DNA of 64,000 nt, taken from the NCBI GenBank assembly GCA_013239625.1, contig MU053493.1, positions 1,621,793 to 1,685,792 of the forward strand, in the 5' to 3' direction. The notes beneath the pieces are model-generated. The model had not been told where the DNA came from, made no database searches, and worked only from the letters and a program-made list of their open reading frames with translations. Position 1 is the first letter of the stretch; the number at the start of each line of letters is the position of its first letter. A program made the translations under genes and the position numbers. This document shows positions 56,257 to 64,000 of the stretch, in pieces. The stretch is from Lama guanicoe. Its lineage: Eukaryota.

Positions 56257-56920
56257 TGATCGGTTCCAACTTCCTGCAAGAGCATGTGTTAATTGGGGAA
56301 TGACATCTTTTTGAGTCTGCCACAGGCATCAAAGGATTTCATGAAGAAATAAGTGCAGATTAGGAAATGTTGATTTTTGAGACACCAGTCATTTCTCCCA
56401 CTCTGAAAACCACTCGCAAAAATTCTGAGTCTCACATCCCTTAGGCACCTCCCTTCACATGAATGGAGTCCCAGTTCCAACATCCTAATTTTTCTTCAAC
56501 CTGAATCTCTTTCTGCCCCGAGATAGAGCTGGTAGAGTTATTTTGGTCGAATGAGACAGGAAGCAGGAGGGTGACCAGTGCCTTGTGTCAGCCTCCTCTT
56601 CAAGCTTCAGAGCATGTTTTCCACGTGGCTGTCAATTTCCTCTTCACTCCTGGCATGCTATTTTTGTATTAGCAACAATCATCTGGATATTAGCGGAGGA
56701 AATGAGCTGCAATCCTGCATGGATTTCTCGGGAATGTAGGTCCCAGCTCTAACCCAGGCTGAGCTGGTAAGGTGACACTCTGACGTGTCCCTTGTGTTGT
56801 AACGAAGCAAAGTTCAAATGCTTCCCGGACAGTTTCACCGGGACAGGTACTGCTCCGCCCATGAACCAGGCTCTTAAGTCCTGTTTTCATGTGAGCACCA
56901 ATATTTTAATTTGCCCCTTA

Positions 56921-57034
56921 GGGGGATGCTACAGCTTAGTGGTAAAGCGCCTGTTTAGCATGCACAAGGTCCTGGGTTCAATCCCCAGTCCCTCCATTAA
57001 TAAATAAATGAACTTAATTACCCTCCCCCCAAAA
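56921..57034 (+). mobile_element. tRNA-derived SINE
   Basis: Flanking repeat tttgcccctt. Confidence 0.85.
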
Positions 57035-57879
57035 TTTTTTGCCCCTTGTGCTCTGTCACACAGCATCAGATACAATAGCATGGCTGCTACTTCCAGTGTG
57101 ATGCTTCCTGAGAATGAAAGGTTCTGCATATCCCGGCCCTTGTACAAAATGCAAGGTTGTCCAGTGTATCTGTGCCACTAGGCTAGCCCGACAACCAACT
57201 CAACACAGCGCCTTCTACCTGCTAGCGCTCATAACGTGATTCAGAACATTCTTATCACAAGTATCTCAGCGTCAATTACCAGATATGTTGGTGGCGTGGT
57301 GAACCAGAACATGAAAATCTAATTTGGTTTCAAAAGACTATTAGCTTAGGTAAACATTCATAAATGCTAAAAGTCCCTGGATCCAGACATAAGGTATAAT
57401 ATTTTTACTGTTTTTTTTATTAAATTGTTTTCAGTAACACCATGAAATGTAGGTTTTTGACTCTTGATCTGATTTCATAATAATTTCGTATTTATTTGTG
57501 CTCATGAGGTGTTTGTGTTGGGAGCCAGGGGACACTTGGTTGGTTAACTGACACATTAAAATGATCATCTGCCAGGAGCCTCATGTCTTTTTAACTAGTG
57601 AGCTTTTGCTATTGCTCATAATAAATGGAAAAATAAATATTCACAAAATATATGTACATATATATTTCCTAGAATTAATAATGTGTACAATTCTTCTAAG
57701 TAGATCACCACTTCCCAGCGTGAATCTGTAATTCCTGAGATTGGAACACTTGGCGTTTCTTGACAGTAAAACAGTTCTCGTGTTGTTATTCATGTGTTTC
57801 ACTTTTCTCTCAACCATCTTCTTTTCTTTTCTCCCTTCCTGTCAAAACTAAAAAAATAAAATGCTGCTTTTCAATACAG

Positions 57880-57900
57880 TCTACGCCATGGAAATTAATC
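57880..57900 (+). CDS. TRPM1: TRPM1 coding exon 22/25 (21-nt pore-loop microexon): (L)YAMEIN(P)
   Basis: atacAG|TC TAC GCC ATG GAA ATT AAT C|GTAAGT, phase 1/1. This is the TRPM1-specific pore motif. Confidence 0.94.
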
Positions 57901-58414
57901 GTAAGTGTACGCATAACTGATGACTCTAGTCCATGAAATGTGTGTGTTAATTAGTGTCTTCCTCAGCTAACTACTGATAGTCTTATACTGGTTTCAAATA
58001 CTTCTCTTGTTTTTGAGTGTCAGTACTTTTTTAAACTATAAGGAAATGATAAGTAAGTAGACTATAAATTTGTGGAGTTTACTTCACTAATCAGTGTTGG
58101 GATCACCCTACCTTTTTCTTCAGAAAATAGGTCCCAGATGATCAAAGTGGCATTTCAAAGGAGCAGAGAGAGAGAAAAGATTCTTTTTCAAATCTAGCAC
58201 TAGAATAGTTGATGAATGGATTTGAGGCTAGAGAGGACCCTTACGTCCTACCTCATAGTAAAATTATTTTCAAAGTTAATGTACAAATGATCAAGAAGAC
58301 AACATACACTGAAGCTAAAAAATTAGAAGACACAGTAACGTTCTAATGGAAAACAGTAAAGAAACGGCAAAGATAGATGTCTGCTTAAAAGTTAAGAATT
58401 TCTGGGAGCAGGGG

Positions 58415-58560
58415 TGGGGGATATAGCTCGGTGGTAGAATATGTGCTCAGCATGCAGGAGGTCCTAGGTTCAATCCCTGGTACCGTCACCAAAAGTAATA
58501 AATAGATAAACCTAATCACTTCCCCAATATTAAAATGTTTTAAATAAAAATATTAAAATT
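58415..58560 (+). mobile_element. tRNA-derived SINE
   Basis: A/B boxes, long AT-rich tail. Confidence 0.83.
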
Positions 58561-59126
58561 TAAAATAAATTTTTAAAATATGATAAACCAATGACAGGTC
58601 AAAATAAATAGAAAATAAATTTTTAAATTTTTAAAAAGAACTTCTGTATACAAAAAACACAACAAAGAAATGAAGAAATGTTTACAAATATGACACGTTA
58701 AGAATGACTCTCTCTAAGGGTGCAGGAAGGGATAAACTGAGAATTCAAAAATTGCATCTCTTGGGGAGTGATGGAAATGTGAGCTATCTCGATTGTGGTG
58801 GTGGTTTCATGAGTGTATACGTCTATCAAAATTCATCAAATTATACATCTGAAATATTTGTAGTTTACCGTAGAGGAACCATACCACAATAAAGATGTTT
58901 TTTAAAAAAGAAGAATTAAAAAAAAGAAAGAAAGACTCTCTGCAGAAATGAGTTTCTGATTGCCTTGGTATAAGTTGATATTTTTCAAGTGGGAAATTAT
59001 GGCTTACACAATCAGAAAAGGAAATCACATTAAAAAAGAAGTAGGTCCTTTAAGAGCATATGTCAGTTACTTAGTCTTTCTGTTCTACGTAAAAGTCAAG
59101 CACAAAGAGCCACACTTCTGTTGCAG

Positions 59127-59271
59127 CTCCTTGCGGCGACAACCAGTATGATGAGGACGGCAAACGCCTGCCCCCCTGCATCCCGGGCGCCTGGCTCACG
59201 CCGGCCATCATGGCGTGCTACCTGCTGGTGGCCAACATCCTGCTCGTGAACCTGCTCATCGCCGTCTTCAA
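59127..59271 (+). CDS. TRPM1: TRPM1 coding exon 23/25: [18 protein letters not shown]...[10 protein letters not shown](N) (outer pore, S6)
   Basis: ttgcAG|CT ... TCAA|GTACGT, 145 nt. Confidence 0.96.
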
Positions 59272-59472
59272 GTACGTGTCCCAGCCGCTGGCCGGGTGCT
59301 TGTTGTTTATCGCTTTACAGCTGTTCAGTTGAATCTCAGAAATCTCCCCCACACGCTGCCGTGGATTTCCATGGAATTCCACTAGGGCTTTCAGATGCGT
59401 AGAACTTTCCGCAGTCTTCTTAGTTCAACTGTTCAACAGCCTTCGTGTCTCCGTAAATCAAGAGTGCACTTG

Positions 59473-59589
59473 AGGGGCGGGTATAGCTCAGCAGTAGAGT
59501 GTGTGCTTAGCATGCCCGAGGTCCTGGGTTCAACCTCCAGCATCTCCATTAAACAAACAAACAAACCTAATTACCCTCTCCCCCCAAAA
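59473..59589 (+). mobile_element. tRNA-derived SINE
   Basis: A/B boxes, (AAAC)n tail. Confidence 0.85.
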
Positions 59590-60212
59590 TTAAGAGTCAA
59601 CCTTAAATTTCAATTCAGTCTTGGTTAGTATTTTAACACTTCAGCGTGTGTTTTAACCTAATGAAAATCTTTTCTTAGATGAAAGTCTCCTGAGATAGAG
59701 ATTTATCAAGTTGTGCCTTTAATTCACTACCAGAGCCACAGGGAGCAAAGCTAATTTCATAGGCTGTGACAATTATTGTGATAGTATATAAGATGTTTCT
59801 TATCATTTACAGAATGGAAGATAAAACAGCCTAGGAAAGAAATGGCTTAAAATTCAAAATAAAGTTTCTTGTAAAACTTGCCCCTTTTGGCACGATAGGT
59901 TCAGTATGTGACCATGATTCATAAATGTTGGGAAAAAATTATTTTAGCTTCTAAGATGACAAATATGAAGGAAAAAAATCCTTTATAGAAATACAGCATC
60001 TTCATTGCTGACCAGAGCATTGGTGAGAATCTGGTTACACTCCTGACTTGACAGATTAGAAAATGAAGGTCAATAGAGGTTAACTGGCTTTTCTAAGGTT
60101 CCCGTGTCCGTAGACAACATGCTTAATCAGGATTCCAACAATCTTAAGCTTACTACCTCCCAACAGAAACTAAAGGAAAGCAAAGATTGTACCTCTCAAC
60201 ATCTAAAATTAT

Positions 60213-60320
60213 GGGGGACGGGTAAAGCTCAGTGGTAGAGCATGTGCTTAGCGTGCATGAGGTCCTGGGTTCAACCAAAACAAATAAACCTAATTACCCA
60301 CCCCAAAACAAGCAAACAAA
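60213..60320 (+). mobile_element. tRNA-derived SINE
   Basis: Flanking repeat aaaattatg. Confidence 0.83.
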
Positions 60321-60530
60321 ATTATGCTCCTTCGATCAAAATGTTCAATGATTAACCAACTCAGTTACCAAAAAAAGGGCAGTCGACTAATTGTTTGACT
60401 GAATGTCAAGCTTAAATATTTCAGATGTTTAGTTGAATGGTTCATACCTTTAAATATAAGAAATAAAATTTCCTGAGCAGTCAGGAGACTGGGGTGTGGT
60501 TTTTCAACAATGCACTAGGTAGTATTTCAG

Positions 60531-60943
60531 GTTTTCTAAAAATTAGATTGAGTTGCTTCTTTTTCTTAAACCTGACCTTTTATGGAAGCATAACATGTAA
60601 GCATAAGTGTACTTAGTTTCCTACCTTTAAAATTTTTTTTAATTTTAACTTTTTTTTAATTGACATATGGGCAGTTTACAATGTTGCATCAATTTCCGGT
60701 GTACAGCATAATGTTTTAGTCATACATACATATACAGATATTCCTTTTTATATTCTTTTTCATTATAGGTTACTACAATATATTGAATATAGTTCCCTGT
60801 GCTGTACAGTATAAGCTTGTTGTTTATCTATTCTATATATAGTAGTTAGGTTTTTTTTTACTTTGAAGGAGGGATTGGGGATTGAACCCAGGACCTCATG
60901 CATGCTAGGCATGCACTCTACCACTAAGCTATACCCTTCCCTC
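60531..60943 (-). mobile_element. Composite SINE-head / L1 3'-end insertion bounded by a perfect 16-bp direct repeat
   Basis: ctaggtagtatttcag at 60515-60530 and 60944-60959. Confidence 0.8.
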
Positions 60944-61180
60944 CTAGGTAGTATTTCAGTACACTTAATTCTTATTCATTTATACGAGTAAAATGACCTT
61001 GAATGCAGATAATCCATGTTAATAGGACAATGAAAAGACAGGAGGTTAGTAGGAGTCAGTATTAATGAGCACTAACAGGCCATTTCATTGTATATTTTCA
61101 ATTCAGTTTCAGTAACTCTGATTGCTCTGTTAAATCACAATAAAAAGTAACACAACTAACTGAAAACGTATTCTTTTTAA

Positions 61181-61465
<285 letters not shown>

Positions 61466-61547
61466 TAAACACACACTCTAGTCCAGCTGTGGTTCTCTGC
61501 AGAATACTCCTCATTTTTAAATAAATGATGGCATTTTCTTTAGTTCT

Positions 61548-61683
61548 TCTTTTTTTCCAGGTTTTGGGGGGGTGATTAAGTTTATTTATTCATTTATTTT
61601 AATGGAGGGACTGGGGATTGAACCCAGAACCTCCTGCGCACTAAGAACACGCTCTACCACTGAGCTATATCCTCCCCCTCCCC
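61548..61683 (-). mobile_element. tRNA-derived SINE
   Basis: Reverse-complement A/B boxes. Confidence 0.85.
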
Positions 61684-62002
61684 AAGACAGTTCTTAAAAA
61701 TAACTTTTCTGTGTAAATCCGACGTTCCTTTCAAAATGTTTTAATTTGCTGCAAATAAAGAGAATGGAAAAACACTCATATACACTTGAGTCTGTCCATA
61801 AAGTATCTGCAAAAGGCTTTCTGGAAAATAGTACTCGTTTTCACTTTCCGAGTTAGCTGTGATTTTGTTTTTCGTGTTAAAAAGTGAGCTGTTTAGCTCC
61901 AGCGGAGAGATGATTGCTGCATGTTACAGTGCGTCTTTGTGTGGCAAACAGTCGCGGGAGTCACAGTGCTGCCTGCAAGTAACGGGAAGGGAGCTTGATT
62001 AA

Positions 62003-62995
<993 letters not shown>

Positions 62996-64000
62996 AACAT
63001 TGACTCTCAGTTCTTGTGTTGATTCAACTTTGGTTTTTTATGCATTTTTCTCAAAAAAAGTGTGAAAGTACCTAGATGATGGTTATATATTGTATATAGA
63101 GGTGAAAAATGACATTTATTGCAAGGATTCCAGGCCAAAACCCAAACAAAGGAAACAAACAAAAAATCCCTGACAGTTCTTGCCCAGCCCCCAAAGTGGG
63201 AGCTTTTAGCCCAATACAGTCCATGGAGAGAACAGCTGGCTGGAGTGCCGTGTGACTTCCAGGGGTGTTTCTCCACGCCCTTAACACACAGTGTTCCCTG
63301 GGCCAAGGGTGGTCTCCCACAGGGACTGAGCTCGTCATCCTGCCCTGTGCTCCTGTTGCTCCTTCCACCGCCTGCCCAGCCTAGAGGAGCAGAGGTAAAA
63401 TGACTGCCTCTGTGCTCCTTCGAGAGCAGGAACTACAGGAGGGGCGAAGGCGTCTGTCCCCATCAGAGTGGAAGCCTCTAAACCAGGGCGGGGTCTGTAT
63501 TTCAGACCCTTTTCCATCCTGAGTACCCAGCAAGACCAGCATCATCTATAGGGTAGCGCTTAACACATGCAAAATGAGTGACTGCTTGTGTGGGCGAGTC
63601 CACATGTGAGCAGATGCAGGCAGGTCCAGGAGGGACAGAAAGGGTGCCATTAGCCACACTTGATAGCATTGTTCTTCCTGCCTTGGCGACTGCAGAGCAT
63701 CCAGCAAAGGTAGACGGGGAACAGCCAACCTCCACAATAGACAGTTTTTTGAGTCACATAATCTTTGAGAGCCTTGATCACTTAAAAAAAAAAGCAATTT
63801 TAGCTATGTTAAAGAGCATGATGATTGATAAAACGTCGTTCAGAAGAGTTCAACCAACAATGCTTGTAGAAGGGTGAGCATGCAGAGGGAGACGCACCTA
63901 GGGGATTCTGGTGCATCATTCTGTCCAAAGTCCTCAAGGTTAAAATGTTCTGATCTCCTGCAGAGCATGTCTGATACATACGTGTATATTGAGAAGCAAA

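Noticed and set aside
61541..61580. Strong acceptor-like ttttttccAG in an antisense SINE tail
   Set aside because: No good donor nearby to define an exon.

Overview
This is mammalian genomic DNA, most likely a camelid, judged from about 25 copies of a tRNA-derived SINE that resembles the Tylopoda Vic-1 family. The window holds most of the TRPM1 (melastatin) gene on the + strand. It starts with an E-box-rich promoter and a non-coding first exon (about 560-700). Twenty-five GT-AG coding exons follow (19367-62229) and splice into one stop-free frame of 3626 nt covering the N-terminal MHR domains, S1-S6, pore, TRP box and start of the coiled coil. The last coding exon lies beyond the window. The miR-211 hairpin sits in the intron at 27844-27953. 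The rest is intronic SINE, L1, LTR and DNA-transposon debris. I see no wholly new biological system; the locus is a known one. The most unusual observations are: (1) a degenerate intronic copy of the S4/S4-S5 exon that lies inside a stop-free, frame-preserving candidate exon; (2) two splice options in the pore loop (an 18-nt alternative donor and a 21-nt microexon); (3) loss of the ATG that starts the human MKDSNR isoform; (4) two 8-mer miR-211 seed sites in the host CDS; (5) several chimeric or transduced retro-insertions. Comparisons with human, mouse and TRPM3 are from memory and need an alignment. Repeat boundaries are approximate.
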